NCBI RefSeq assembly: GCF_006345805.1
Contig: NC_043017.1
Location: forward strand, 18,910,001-18,974,000
Source of the DNA: Octopus sinensis
Taxonomy: Eukaryota
Direction of reading: 5' to 3'
DNA length: 64,000 nt
Part shown: positions 38,170 to 50,870 of the stretch, piece after piece
How the letters are laid out: each line of letters opens with the position of its first letter
Numbering within the stretch: the first letter of the stretch is position 1
The notes under the pieces: generated by a model
What the model was told of the DNA's origin: nothing
What the model saw: the letters and a program-made list of their open reading frames with translations, nothing else
The model's database searches: none
Program-made: the position numbers and the translations under genes

Positions 38170-39164
38170 TTTATTCTTTTCTGGTTCTTGTATTTTCTTA
38201 ATTATTTCTACCACTATAATTCTAACTAATGTGATACTTGATATCTGAAGATTCTACAAACTCCTTTATAGATTTGTTCGATTTCAATTAGAACGCAACT
38301 GATCTTGAACATATTCCAGACAGTCAAAGAGTGGAAGTTTATAATGATCTCAGGTCATACGAAATATTTTATACCAATTCCATAATCTTGTTTAGAGACA
38401 CAAGATTAATTTAATTCTGTATAGCATCTTCCTTTACTTTTTAAAAGATGTTAATTATTGATGATACATTTGAAGAAATACTTTTATGCCAATGTCATCT
38501 GATATTTCTGAAATAAAGAAACAGTATAAGATATAGGGGATACTTAAAAGTAGAGGTCAACAGCGGAAAATTTACTTCATCTCTATATTGATGAACTGTG
38601 AATAACATTTACATCGACGATTAAACTTTAAACTTTAATTGGTTATTAAAATGTCATCAAACAACTGTTACATATACCTTATATATGCTAAACTAAATAA
38701 TGGTGCACATTTGTCCTGTCCAGAGGATCGATCGTTATTGGTTATTTGTTATTCAGCCCCAGGTCACTTTGTATTGAGCAGACGAGTTGTTGGTCAATAT
38801 AAAGATCCTCACCCGTTAACGAAAAAAAAAAAACGGGTTGATCTCAGGAATTCTATGAATTTTATGGCAGTTTAAACAAAATGAAAAATTTGACGAACGT
38901 ATAAGAAACGTCAATGGTTTACATAAAATACCAAAATAAAATCGAAATATTGTTTACTACAGTTCCTATTCTACAATGTACAAAAATATAAGCTATAAAC
39001 ATCAACATTGGATAACTTCAACCCTCAAATAATTTTTTTTCTTCATGGAATATATAACACGCATGAATATGATATGCAAAACCACATTAAAAATATAAAT
39101 CCAAAACTGAGAGAAAAGAAAACGAAAAAAGAGGAAGAAGGAAAGGAAAAGAGAGAAAAAAAAA

Positions 39165-39420
39165 GGTGTGGACCCATATCAATTGAACATCAAGTGCCTC
39201 AATTGGTCGCACAGAAGGTTCAACGGTACCTACTGAAGCAAGCCGGCATGCTCGCAGCATTACCACGGGCGATGGCGAGGCTAAAGCGTTGGAGCAGTCA
39301 AGCACCCTCACGGACATCACCTGACACTCCGGTAAGGAGAGTAACCAACGATGACAAGATCTTCGCTGTTAGTGGCCCACCCCTCCAAATGCCACAGGCA
39401 TGGAAGACATAGTTCATGAC
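39165..39420 (-). mobile_element. CRE-like (RLE-bearing) non-LTR retrotransposon 3' end in ZNF6 intron 1
   Basis: Minus strand GIWRGGPLTAKIL..L...SGDVREGA*LLQRFSLAIARGNAASM, matching the remembered QRLSLAIQRGNAAS C-terminus; pyrimidine/T-rich tail. Confidence 0.6.
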
Positions 39421-40036
39421 AAGTCTCAGTTTTTCGTTCCGTTAGAGTCGTTCATCTTAATAACTCTCATTTGTCAACATCTTTGAAGCAAGAGCGTAAC
39501 CCGTTACGATTTTTAATGATTCTTTAGCTTATTTCTCTTCAAATATTTTTTAAAATATATACTGTACAATGAATGTTGCGAGATAGTTATTTTCATGGAT
39601 AAAAGTGGTCGTATTGTCTGCTTTTTGTTGTTTTCCTCAAAATGATCAGTCGAAATGTATTTCTCTTTGTTATATAAGAATCCAATGGCTAAAATTAATT
39701 TCGCGTTACATTATTTTCGGGAATGCATTTCTTCCGCATCGGAGATGTCTGAAAATCGAACACAAATTTACAGGCTTAACAAGTGGGGGGGCTGGGGGCT
39801 GGAAAACCATATATTTTAAGATGTAATGACTGATAAGAAATTATGGAATCCTTGTTAACCATTATAGTATCACCTCCGTAGTAAACAATGTTTCGATTTC
39901 ATTTCAGTATTTCAAGTAAATCATGTTTTGATGCATTCCTCATATCTTCGAAATTACACTGTAATTCTTCGCATTTACCAAAAGTTATACTGATAAAAAT
40001 AAGAGAAAAAAAAAAGATTGAACGAAGAAAAAATAC

Positions 40037-40207
40037 CTCAAATAAATCGCTGCAATGTTAGGAAGTCGGTGATGGTGGTCGTGCATATGACTACTTTTCC
40101 TTTATTCAGTTATCTTTCAATCGTAACAGGATTATACTTCGTAGGAGAACATGGAAGCGATTACGTTAAAGATGGCAGCTGTAATCAATATACTTTGAAC
40201 ATGCGCA
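40037..40207 (-). promoter_or_regulatory. ZNF6 promoter motif and exon 1
   Basis: Minus strand TGCGCATGTTCAAAGTATATTGATTAC (40207-40181, ETS half degenerate); donor TTTGAG|GTATTT at 40037/40036. Confidence 0.7.
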
Positions 40208-40779
40208 GAAACGACGCGCGACAAACACACTAACGTAAACATATACACGTGTATGTCTGTTAATGTAATATGTAGCTTTTGTGTTAAGTGTATATAATGG
40301 CAGAAATGATAATGAAAGTAAATTCATCCGGGGGGGGGGGACTAAAAAAAAATAGACTTGCATATCCAGAGAAGGTAAAAAGTACATGTTAAATGCTAAG
40401 ATATCAAATAGTAAATGTCATTGGTTTAGATTTCTTGCCAGAGGTAAAGGTCATTTTATTATTTTATATATTTTTCTACACCTCTATACACTTGGTCACT
40501 GCCAGTTCGTCTAATATGAGATGAACTGGCAAACCATCTGTAATCTTTCACAAGTGACATGAAGAAAAATGCAAGAAGGGCTAAGATTGCTTGTGAATTC
40601 CATCTGGCATTACTGATGTTCAGAATTTTCTGAAACTTGATGAAAGCTATGTCTCCTTTTCCATGGAAGAGCCTTTAGGCATAGGTTAAGTGGAACAGAA
40701 ACTTCATATCATATCTCCAACCAGCTTGATCTTCAATGACATGAGTTCCATTCTGGAAGGAGCTTTGAGGTCGAATTAT

Positions 40780-40903
40780 CCTTTCGGATTCAATTAAATG
40801 CGTACCAGTTATATACTGGGGTCGATGTAATCAACTTAATCTCTTTGTCTGTCCTTCTTCGCCCCCTCTATGATTAGATCCTTGAGGGCAATAAAGAAAT
40901 GAT
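40780..40903 (+). mobile_element. 3' half of the tRNA-derived SINE
   Basis: TACCAGTT..ACTGGGGTCGATGTAATC..CTTAAT...AATAAAGAAAT matches 48200-48309. Confidence 0.75.
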
Positions 40904-40943
40904 AATAAATCTCTGAACGAGATATAAACAGTAACCGCTCGAC

Positions 40944-41376
40944 AACGTAAGGGGTATCAGCCATCTGAATGTGGCTAGCCACTGGGTGGGGGAGGTTACT
41001 GATGCTTTTAGCCCCAGGCGATCAACGTCACCAGAAGGACTTTAGACACTATCTCAGTGTCCTTGTGTTACTTGCAAAGGGAGGTCATCCTCCCTCAAAG
41101 ACCCGAGTACTACGTATGGACTATAGTTTCAAAGTAATTGCCTCTCGTCCGGTGCTTACCATGCATTGACGAGAGGCAATTACCTTGAAACTATAGTCCG
41201 TATGTAGTACTCGGGTCTTCGAACGAGGATGACCTCCCTTTGCAAGTAACACAAGGACACTGAGATAGTGTCTAAAGTCCTTCTGGTGACGTTGATCGCC
41301 TGGGGCTAAAAGCATCAGTAACGCCCCACCACCCCCAGTGGCTAGCCACATTCAGATGGCTGATACCCCTTACGTT
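40944..41376. repeat. Near-perfect 433-bp palindrome (~206-bp arms, 18-nt loop)
   Basis: 40944-41149 is the reverse complement of 41168-41376. AATAAAGAAATGAT direct repeats at 40890 and 41377. Confidence 0.95.
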
Positions 41377-41791
41377 AATAAAGAAATGATTATATATTTA
41401 ACCAATATCTTCCCCCTGTGTATATGCACCACTTATTATAACTATCCCTTATTCTATTTCTAAATTCCAGTGGGTCAGCATGTAGCACCAATTGATTATC
41501 ACCATTCTCACTTTCTCCTTTTTCTTTTTACATATATTTTACCATTTAAAAAAATTTTCTGCCCTGATGAAGTTTCATGATTCAATATGGTATAACTAAT
41601 TACTATTATTGTGGTGGTTAAAACTGAGAATCACACTAACAGAAACAGCTGTAAGTTGAGATTGTCTCTTTATAATGAATTAATAAATGATAATTGATGT
41701 AAATCATTTGTTATTCATCAATTGTATCTCTATTTTCTGTTTTCCTTGAATATTGATAAACTCTGGTTTATTTTTGTCATTACCTATCATT

Positions 41792-42160
41792 TATAATAAT
41801 AATAATAATAATGAAATTATTGTATACAGTGCTCAGGTGCACCACAACTTGTCAGAGTATATGCAGTAATGTACAAATGTCTGGAAAGCGAACAGTGTAC
41901 GAGTCAGATACATGCTTGTGTGTGTATGGAGGGGAGAAAATCAGGTGTAGTGTTGGCGAATCTCAGAAAGCATGGAAGTTTTGAAGGATGCAGTGCTCCG
42001 ACAACTAACAACTGATGCTGGCAGTTTGTTCCATGCTTCAGCAACTCTCAGAGTGAAAAAATGTTTCCTTAAGTCATGGGAGCTGTGCTGTTTTCTGACT
42101 TTGTAAATATGTCCACAGGTGTTAGATGGGTGGAGTTTGAAAAGGTGCTCAGAGTTATTG
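41792..42160 (-). mobile_element. CR1/L2-group LINE 3' end with (ATT)n tail
   Basis: TCGHIYKVRK...RKHFFTLRVAEAWNKLPASVV...FK. Confidence 0.85.
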
Positions 42161-42309
42161 TTTGTATGATAGTTGATAATTTTATGGGTGTCTGCTATAT
42201 TATGAGCATTAATACCAATACTCATGATTAAATATAGGTAATACACCAGTGGATTCATTGGATACAAGTATCCCTTTGACAGTTGTTATAACCTCTAAAT
42301 TAACTCACC

Positions 42310-42340
<31 letters not shown>

Positions 42341-43327
42341 CACTGTCATCAATTTTTTAAAATCTGTTGTCCATGCTGGCTTTGGATGGACAATTTGATG
42401 GTAGCTGGTCAGCTGCCTGGGCTCAATTTGTCTATTTGGCATGGATGCCCTTCTTAATCCCAATGATTTCACAGAGTTGTTGGGAATAAGGAGTGGTGTT
42501 TTCATATGGCACCAGCACACCTGAGCTCACAAGACTAAACTCCCTTGATTGAGATAGGGATGTAGAGGACATACCAGTTTGCAAGTCCAATCACGATTTT
42601 ACTTAGCACAGCAAGGCACCAGAAGTCTCAGTTCCTTATCTCTGTGAGGCCCCAGTCTGAAAATCCTTTCTTATCACTTCCTCCCATGTCTTCCTGGGTC
42701 TACCCCTTCCACAATTAGGGATTGGCTCTTCTTAGCAGTTCAGCAAAAGAGAACAATAACAAATACCAAGCTTAAAATTAAATTACTGCGGCAGTTTGTT
42801 CAACTAAACCTTGGAAGGTGGTGCCACAGCATGGCCACAATCCAATGAGTGAAACAAGTAAAAGATTAAAGATACACAAATTAATGTCTATATCACATTT
42901 ATTTATATATGCATCTCATTATGTTATGAGAAAAATATTCTCTTCTATGGCTTATGTATTTTATTTGTGCCATAAACTGTATAGTGATGTTGCACTTGAT
43001 TAAAGACAATACATTTTGCAGTTATTTACCAACAATGACAAATCAAATTTATCTTTTCTCTTCTTTGAAAATAAGTTAGCTGGAATCTATGTTCTCATGA
43101 AAAATACTTTTATTAATATTTCACCAACGTAGATGTATTTGTTGTAAACACTATAATCTCAGGAGGTTGTTGTCACACTTATATCTTCACTCTATCAATA
43201 CAATTATGATTATATAGTTTGTTGGTTTTTTTCTTCTTTCCATTGAATAAATTTTGACATCAATATTCATCTGTATGAATAGATGTGCAGCCAAGTGAAT
43301 GTTTTAGAGTAGGATCTAGTACAGATA

Positions 43328-44737
43328 TCAGCTATCTAGTTTTCCTCCTGTATGAATATACTTGTGTCGAGTTAAGTTTCCAGTCTGTGAGAACGATTCA
43401 CCACAGATATCACAGTGATATGGTTTCTCTCCTGTGTGAATGCGTATGTGAGTAGTTAAGTCACCACTACGAGAGAACGATTTGCCACATATACTACAGT
43501 GATATGGCTTCTCTCCTGTATGAATGCGCTTGTGTTTAGTTAAAGTACTACTTTCAGAGAAGGATTTACTACAAATATCACAGGGATATGGTTTCTCACC
43601 AGAATGCAAATTTTGGTGAGTAAGTAACTGACTACGTCTAGAGAATGATTTAGCACAGATATCACAGTGATATGGTTTTTCTCCTGTATGAATGCGTTTG
43701 TGTGCTGTTAAGATACCTTTTCGAGAGAAAGATTCGCCACAAATATTACAGTGATATGGCCTCTCCCCTGTGTGAATGCGTTTGTGTTTAATCAAGGTAC
43801 TACTTTCAGAGAATGATTTACCACAGATATCGCAGTGATATGGCCTCTCTCCTGTATGGATATATTTATGAGTAGCTAAGTGACTACTTCGAGAGAATGA
43901 TTTGCCACAAGTGTCACAGCGATGTGGTTTCTCTCCTGTATGAATGTGTTTGTGTGTACTTAAGACACCTTTCCGAGAAAATGATTCACCACAAATATCA
44001 CAGTGGTATGGTTTTTCCCCTGTATGAATACGTTTATGAGGCATTAAATCACCACTTTTGGAGAATGATTTACCACAAACATCACAGCAATATGGCTTCT
44101 CACCTGTATGTATACGCTTGTGAGTAGTTAAGTGACTACTTCTAGAGAATAATTTACCACAGATATCACAGTGATATGGCTTCCCTCCTGTGTGAATATG
44201 TTGATGAGTAGTTAAATGTCCTGTTACAGAGAATGATTTACCACATATATCACAATGATATGGTGTTTCTCCTGTGTGAATACGTTTGTGAGTAGTTAAA
44301 GGACTCCTTTGAGAGAATGATTTACCACAGACATCACAACAATATGGTTTTTCTCCTGTATGAACACGTTTGTGTATAGTTAACTGATCCTTCTGAGAGA
44401 ATGATTTGCCACAAATATCGCAGTGATATGGCTTCTCTCCTGTATGAATACGTTTGTGTCTAGTTAAGTCACTACTTCCATAGAATGATTTACCACAAAT
44501 ATTACATATATATGGTTTCTCTCCTGTATGAATGCGTCTGTGAGTAGTTAGGTTACATTTATGGGAGAATGACTTTTTACAGATATCACATTCGTGTGTT
44601 TTTCCTTTCTCTTTTAGTCTTCTAACAGGAAAATCATTTCCTTTAGACTCTGTTTTATATTTACTCTCATTCTCACATAATTCATTTTCCATAATATATT
44701 TTCTTTCACAACAGTATACAGATATTTTTCTTCTCAT
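43328..44737 (-). CDS. C2H2 zinc-finger protein (ZNF7), 454-469 aa, 15 fingers
   Basis: Intact ORF with in-frame ATGs at 44737 and 44692; the latter (MENELCE) is homologous to the family start. Conserved acceptor at 45002-45001. Confidence 0.94.
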   Translation of the reverse strand: MRRKISVYCCERKYIMENELCENESKYKTESKGNDFPVRRLKEKGKTHECDICKKSFSHKCNLTTHRRIHTGEKPYICNICGKSFYGSSDLTRHKRIHTGEKPYHCDICGKSFSQKDQLTIHKRVHTGEKPYCCDVCGKSFSQRSPLTTHKRIHTGETPYHCDICGKSFSVTGHLTTHQHIHTGGKPYHCDICGKLFSRSSHLTTHKRIHTGEKPYCCDVCGKSFSKSGDLMPHKRIHTGEKPYHCDICGESFSRKGVLSTHKHIHTGEKPHRCDTCGKSFSRSSHLATHKYIHTGERPYHCDICGKSFSESSTLIKHKRIHTGERPYHCNICGESFSRKGILTAHKRIHTGEKPYHCDICAKSFSRRSQLLTHQNLHSGEKPYPCDICSKSFSESSTLTKHKRIHTGEKPYHCSICGKSFSRSGDLTTHIRIHTGEKPYHCDICGESFSQTGNLTRHKYIHTGGKLDS

Positions 44738-45339
44738 ATGCTTTTATACATCTTTACCTAACAAATATTTCTGCTATATTTCCATTAATTTTTTTTCCTT
44801 TTAATATCTGAAAATGCTGCAAACTTATTTCTCAATATGTCGTGATCTTAGTCTCAGTTCACAGAAACTCCACCTCTAGATTCATATAAAAAGGGTTATG
44901 TCTGTTCTGTACAACATCTTCATTTACACTTTAAAAGATGACAAATATAAATGATACATCTGAAGTAAAGAATCCTTCCATGCCAGTGGCATCTGGTATT
45001 CTGAAATAATATAAAAACACTAAGTTATAGGGGATATTTAAAAGTATAGATTCAAGTGGAAATTTTCTTTTTATACACTGGTAAACTGTAGATATAAATA
45101 TTCAGCTGAACAATTAGGGTTTACATTTTAATTTGCTATTAAAATTACATCATACAACTTTGTATGGCATCTACAAATTTACAGACTACTGCTACACCTT
45201 CAGATCTTGTGCAACATTGCATATATTGGATCATCCCCAAACTAATGCAGTTCTTTTATACTTTTTTTTTTTTTTTTCAAATTAAAATGAAGTTCTGTTT
45301 TTTATCTAAAATATACTCTCCTTCATTTTTCTACAATAC

Positions 45340-46030
45340 TCTTCCATCTTTCTGGTAGACTTGCATGACCCCTCTTCTAAAATTCACATGTCCATGACGA
45401 AAAATATTCCTCCAATACTGTTCTCACCTTGTCTACAGAGTTCATATTTTCCCCATCCAAATGATTTTGAAGACTGCGGAATAAATGATAATTAGATGGG
45501 GCAATGTCCAGCGAATATGGTGGATGGGACATAGTTTTCCATTGAAACTGCTCCAGCCTATGGAATATCATTCTCACTATATGTGGCCAAGAATTATCCT
45601 GATGGAAGAACACCTTTCGTCTTGAAACCAAAAACAGTTGTTTTCCTTCTAGTGCTGACTTAAGTTGCTCAAGTTGCTTGCAGTAAATCTTTGTTACTGT
45701 TTCGTTTGGGTTTAAAAGTTCAAAATGGACTAAACCTAATCATTTTCTACCAAACAGATAACACCTTATGTGGGTGAAGGCCTTCTTAAGCCTGGGGTGC
45801 TGGCGTTTCTCCTTTCCCTAACCAGTCTTCAGCGCTTGACATTTTTATAGAGGACCCATTTCCCGTCACCAGTCACGATTCATTCTGAAAAAGGTTCATT
45901 CATGAGACATGACAGCAAAGAAGAGTTTGTGAGGAACCTATTGACCCAATTTGCTGACTATTCCAATGGTATGTATGTGTCAATGAATGGTTGAATGACC
46001 AAATCCAAGCTTCTCTGCTAGTTCCTCAAC
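45340..46030 (-). mobile_element. Mariner transposase pseudogene fragment in ZNF7 intron 1
   Basis: Degenerate VPHKL, IVTGDGKWVLY, HQDNSWPH, HPPYSLDIAPSNYHLFRSLQNHL. Confidence 0.9.
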
Positions 46031-46565
46031 ATTTACGATGGGATTTACGGGGGTGGGGTGGGGGGTTTAAAATGCATAATCGTATGGATTCCTGTGTACA
46101 GAACAAAAATTTATATTGGGTGCTTAAACCAGAATTCCACTACCTTGAATCCTAGGAAGGTTTTAGATTACAATTTTCATTTATTGATGATGATGTTTAT
46201 TCTGTTACCTGTTGCAGGAGAAAATAAAACATGTAGAAAGCAGAGAAAATCACTGTACATCGCAGTCGCCAACCTCGCAAAAGCATTCTAGCTCATGAGC
46301 CAAGACAGCCAAAAATTCAATTGTGAGGTCAGGATCCTGAGCTGGATTCAGTCGTTTCACACAGTCACGGAGGGGACTAATCCGGTTCTCTGGATCATCT
46401 TCAAAGCTTTTCGATATTTACGTCAGAGTCAAACGGTTCTAATGTCCCTACCTTGTTGCTCTTGATGGGAGGCAAATTAGAAGATACACCGAATTACTCA
46501 AAACACTTATATTTACTATTTGAGTGCAATGTAACAGTAGTTAGCCCTACAGAACAACTTTGCAT

Positions 46566-47060
46566 GTATTCATTTCATTTCATTTCATTTCATTTGATTT
46601 GAGTTTGAGTCCATGCTCAGGCCAAGTCGAAGACTCCACCCTCAGAGTCTGGTGTGGTTGCCAGGTTGTATTCTCTGTTTAATTTTGACATGTGTAGGAG
46701 CGAGTTTGAGTCAGTTTGTGCTCGTTGTGTATATCCTGGGAGATGGGGTTCATCTCTAATGGTGCTTAAGTATCTATCCAGCTGCAATTTGAATGATTCC
46801 ACATTGCGTCCTGATAGATTTCTGACATGTACCGGAATGGAGTTGAATAGTTGTGCTCCTCGAACCAACAGACTTGATTCTCGCAGGGTTTTTGCTGCCT
46901 GGCCAGCTTTTTTGTTGATTGGTGGTACCTGGCAGCGTCTTCCGAGGCGCAGTGAGTGGTAGGTTTTGATACCAAAGTTTGGCACCTTTTGCTCTATCAT
47001 TTTCCAAATGTATATAATTCGGTATCGCTCAAATCTTCTTTCTATTGAGTACATCCTCAA
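46566..47060 (-). mobile_element. CR1/L2/Jockey-group LINE 3' end with (GAAAT)n tail
   Basis: Uninterrupted ORF YSIERRFERYRIIYIWKM...GAQLFNSIP..RN...FKLQLD.YL...D.P..PGY..SNSL. Confidence 0.85.
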
Positions 47061-48084
47061 GGTGAACTGATCTTGGCGATAAAGTTTGAAGGAAACATTA
47101 TCAGTTAGGGTGCGAGATTTTCTCTTTCCATCACTCTCAACAAGCTGAGAGTGTTGCAGGAGTTTTACTTAACTTGGTTTCACAGATAGCACTCTCTGGG
47201 GGGTGGAGATAATAAGACGGACTGATCAGACAACAGCAACACTTACCAGTTTAAAAGAAAGGGTTTGAGAAATGTACACACATAAAATTCTCACCAAGAA
47301 GGCAGCGAATAAGGCCTACGTCCTCAACTTTATTTAATGGCAGTGAGGGACCTGAAGCGACTCTCCATTCGACCATTAACTTTAGTTACACTGTGTTATT
47401 CAGTAAAAACAAACAAAATAAATGAACGAAGACAGTTGAATGAAAATAAATTAACACAAATCTAAAAATAGTTGAGTAAAGACGTTTGAACTGGAGGAAA
47501 GTAGCTTGGCCTTTATACGTTATTAGCTTCCAGTGGTTGGTTTTCACCAACCATTGGAAGCTAATAATGTTTGTGCCTAAGAACTGTAGGCAGACGTTAT
47601 GAGTTAAGATAAACGGTTAAAGATAAATATACCTTTTCAATGGAATTGAGTTCACAGAACGCTATCACAGAATAAATGACAGTCTGTACTGAAAGTCATT
47701 CACAGTTTGAAAATGATTTAGAATCTTTGTATACTGACACAACGGAAGTTGAATTATGGGATGTCCGCTGATTGATAATGCATAAGGTAACGAAAATGGG
47801 AGGTAGAAGGGTCTTACTGAAACATTTGGCCTATCGGTTAGAGTATTTAGTTCATGAGTCTAAGGTCGGGTGTTCGATTACTTTTTTTTTTTTTTTTTTT
47901 CACGTTGTAACATTCTATTCGACTTCAAAGAGAGCCAGTCAAATTATCATGCACCTCTCACTGACCCTCCAACTTTCACATCGTAGACGTGTCGCTGGGT
48001 CGAGGATGAAGAGCCGACGGGGTGTCAATGCTCGTTACTTCATAAGTACCTAAAACAATTAGTGAAAGCACGGTACATGTTATC

Positions 48085-48309
48085 GAGCTGGCAGAATCGT
48101 TAGCACGCCAGGCGAAATGCGTAGCCGTATTTCGTCTGTTGTTACGTTGTGAGTTCAAATTCCACCGAGGTGGACTTTGCCTTTCATCCTTTCGGGGTCG
48201 ATAAATTAAGTACCAGTTACGCACTGGGGTCGATGTAATCGACTTAATACCTATGTCTGTCCTTGTTTGTCCCCTCTGTGTTTAGCCCCTTGTGGGTAAT
48301 AAAGAAATA
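48085..48309 (+). mobile_element. Full-length tRNA-derived SINE with 13-bp TSD
   Basis: A-box-like TGGCAGAATCG, B-box GAGTTCAAATTCC; GGTACATGTTATC at 48072-48084 and 48310-48322. Confidence 0.92.
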
Positions 48310-48590
48310 GGTACATGTTATCAAGCTGTAGTCGATCGTGGGTGACGGCTGACTGTCTTCCCTGTACTTTATCCGAAAGTATATAAAAACTGCTTGTGAT
48401 TACTTTGGGATGAATATTTTTGGATATCAATAACCGACTGATAATAATGTCTACGATTACAGTAAACGACTTCCACTGTATCATAAATAGATAGATAGAT
48501 AAATAAATAGCTATATTAGCTAGGTGTACGTATGTGTGTGCATATGAGTATGTAGGTAGGAGAGACATGCTTCTGCTGGCAAATCGCCAA

Positions 48591-48768
48591 AGCGCATGTT
48601 CAACCGGATATTGATATCAGATTGCCACCTTAGAATAATCTTTTCCGTCTGTTTTGGAGTTAATTTTGCACGCAACATTAAACCTATCTTGCATATCATC
48701 ATATACACACGTATATATTTCTGTTAGTCACCTTCTATTCATCAACACACACAACCACATTATACGAG
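48591..48768 (+). promoter_or_regulatory. ZNF8 promoter motif and exon 1
   Basis: AGCGCATG at 48591, CCGGATAT at 48604, donor TACGAG|GTATTT at 48768/48769. Confidence 0.72.
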
Positions 48769-50039
48769 GTATTTTATTTATTTCAAGCACCTTTTTCTGC
48801 TTTCATGCATATATATATATATATAACAGAGTTTTTGTCGAAGAACCGTGTAAACGATTTTATATTTTTGCAGTATGTAAGATTATGATTTTGTGATAGT
48901 AAAGAAATTTTAAATTACATTTCTTAAAGAAACTTACCAAAACTTTTGTCCAACCCCACCTTTTTTTTTTTTTTTTCATATCTTGAGATTTTTTATTTTA
49001 TTTGTATTTTTGAAGTAGCAGACAATAGTAGTTAGCAAAACCATTTTTTTTTCTCACAGAATTTTAAAATAATTTTCAAAATCGAAAATCAAAAAGTTAC
49101 AATTTTGTGTGGTGAGAGACAACACCATTTTGGGACTAATGCAGAATCGCATCTCTCCTTGAAAAATGAATTTAAAAAAAAAAATATATTTCTTCCGGAT
49201 TCTGACGTTTCAGATGTCGAGATTACGAATATGAAAAAATAAATAAATGAATATTAATTTTAATTTTACCCCCTCTCCCACCCCCAATTAAAAATTTTGA
49301 TTTTGTTTACTTTAAAGAGATTGTAGCGAATTGACGAACATGTGCAAATCGAAATTAAATATAGACAAAAACATTAAAGTGAAAAGAATTTGCATTTTGC
49401 TTGTGTTTGCCTTAAATAATCGTAAATAATAATTGAATGTAAATTAAATATACACCATTTTATGAGAAGCAATGTTTAATAAAGAGCGGGGTGAAATAAT
49501 TTTTTTTCTTTTTTGCATATACGTTATCTCCAACATCTAAAACATGGGAATCCGAATTTTTTTAACGCATTTTCCCGGAGATGTGCGATTCTTTATTACA
49601 CTCTTTCTGTGGATGCACTGAATTGGAAGAAAGAGTCCCTGATCATTGCAGCCTCCACTCCGAAACCAATGAATTTGATGTTAATATTCCGTTTAAACGG
49701 TTGCAGATCAACACCTATACGTATGACACGGAGAATCCAGAGGGCCGATATTCTTTCTGGGTATAAAATACTAGATATAATGTTTAGAGTGGGGCAGACG
49801 GGTAGCAAGCACCAACAGTGAAGTGAGGTGGAAAGATGAGTGGGTCAGGGTTGGCTGAGTGGTGTAGGTATAAGAACAGACTGATTCGAGGAACAAAGAT
49901 CATTATAGCAGCGATAGAAAAGAGAGAGAAGACAGTATGTCTATTAGTGTTCGAATATCAATATTAGTCAAGTGGCTTTTATTTTGATGAATTCCAGGAT
50001 GTCTATGTAGCAGTAGCAGCTCAAATGTGGGCGCAGTAC

Positions 50040-50870
50040 TCCATTGTAGGGCTCACACATAAGCTTTATAAATTGTCAGCAGTAGTTGGGTGCTTATTTT
50101 TCTGGTCATTATGGGAAGGGGCCAGTATTTGGAATGTTTGATCCAAGTTTTGCTATGGATGTATTTACACCAGGAGAGATCCTCAGTGACAGAGATGCCC
50201 AACAAATGGTGCAACTGTATGGGCTCTAGTTGAGTACCATTCATGTTGAATACAAGTGTGTGCAGTGGTGTTTTGCTATGAATGGTACTTCAATCTTTTT
50301 GCTGTTAAAAGAAATAAGGTTGGTATGGCCCCACTGAAATATGGTATCAAGGTTTCAATTTATGAAATCAGTGCAAGGTGTGTAGGGTGTATGTGAATGA
50401 TGTATTGTTAGGGGAAGTTTGAGAGGAATGAAATGTTATGTCATCTGCATAAGACTGAACATTGTAAGTAGATTATTGTTATACAGAAAGAAGAGGTGGG
50501 GACAAAACCAAACTCAGAAATACCAGACTTGATTGAAAATAGAGTAGAAGCTTCACCTTCACATGGGTGTAATCAAGGCATTACTGAATGAGAGATGGGT
50601 GAAGCTTGTAGGCAGGAAGATTTGATAGATGTGTGTCAGACACAGACAGTTTCATGAGCATAGCAACAAGTTCAGAGATACAATGCTTGGGTGTGTGTAC
50701 ACAAATAATAAATGGTATCATCTTAGCAACATCACAGGTCCATAGGGGAAGCAATGTACAGAGGCCCCTACATATACAACTACAGCCTACATAGATTAGC
50801 ATTTGGCCCCCAAGATTCATGGAGACTGTGAAAAATGGCCCACTGTGCTCATATCTTAAGACGGTGCTGA
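50040..50870 (-). mobile_element. Degenerate CR1/Jockey-group LINE RT fragment
   Basis: LP.YKLHPSL; LLGISVTEDLSW; LLLTIYKAYV. Confidence 0.6.

Noticed and set aside
40969-41351. Mirror ORFs on both strands (MWLATG...)
   Set aside because: They are produced by the palindrome and start at GTG; no coding evidence.
48085-48160. Possible tRNA gene
   Set aside because: A/B boxes are present but no cloverleaf is evident; it continues into a repeated body and tail, has a TSD and has several copies, so it is a SINE.
49510-49820. Possible Tc1-like transposase relic
   Set aside because: No catalytic motif could be read convincingly in any frame.
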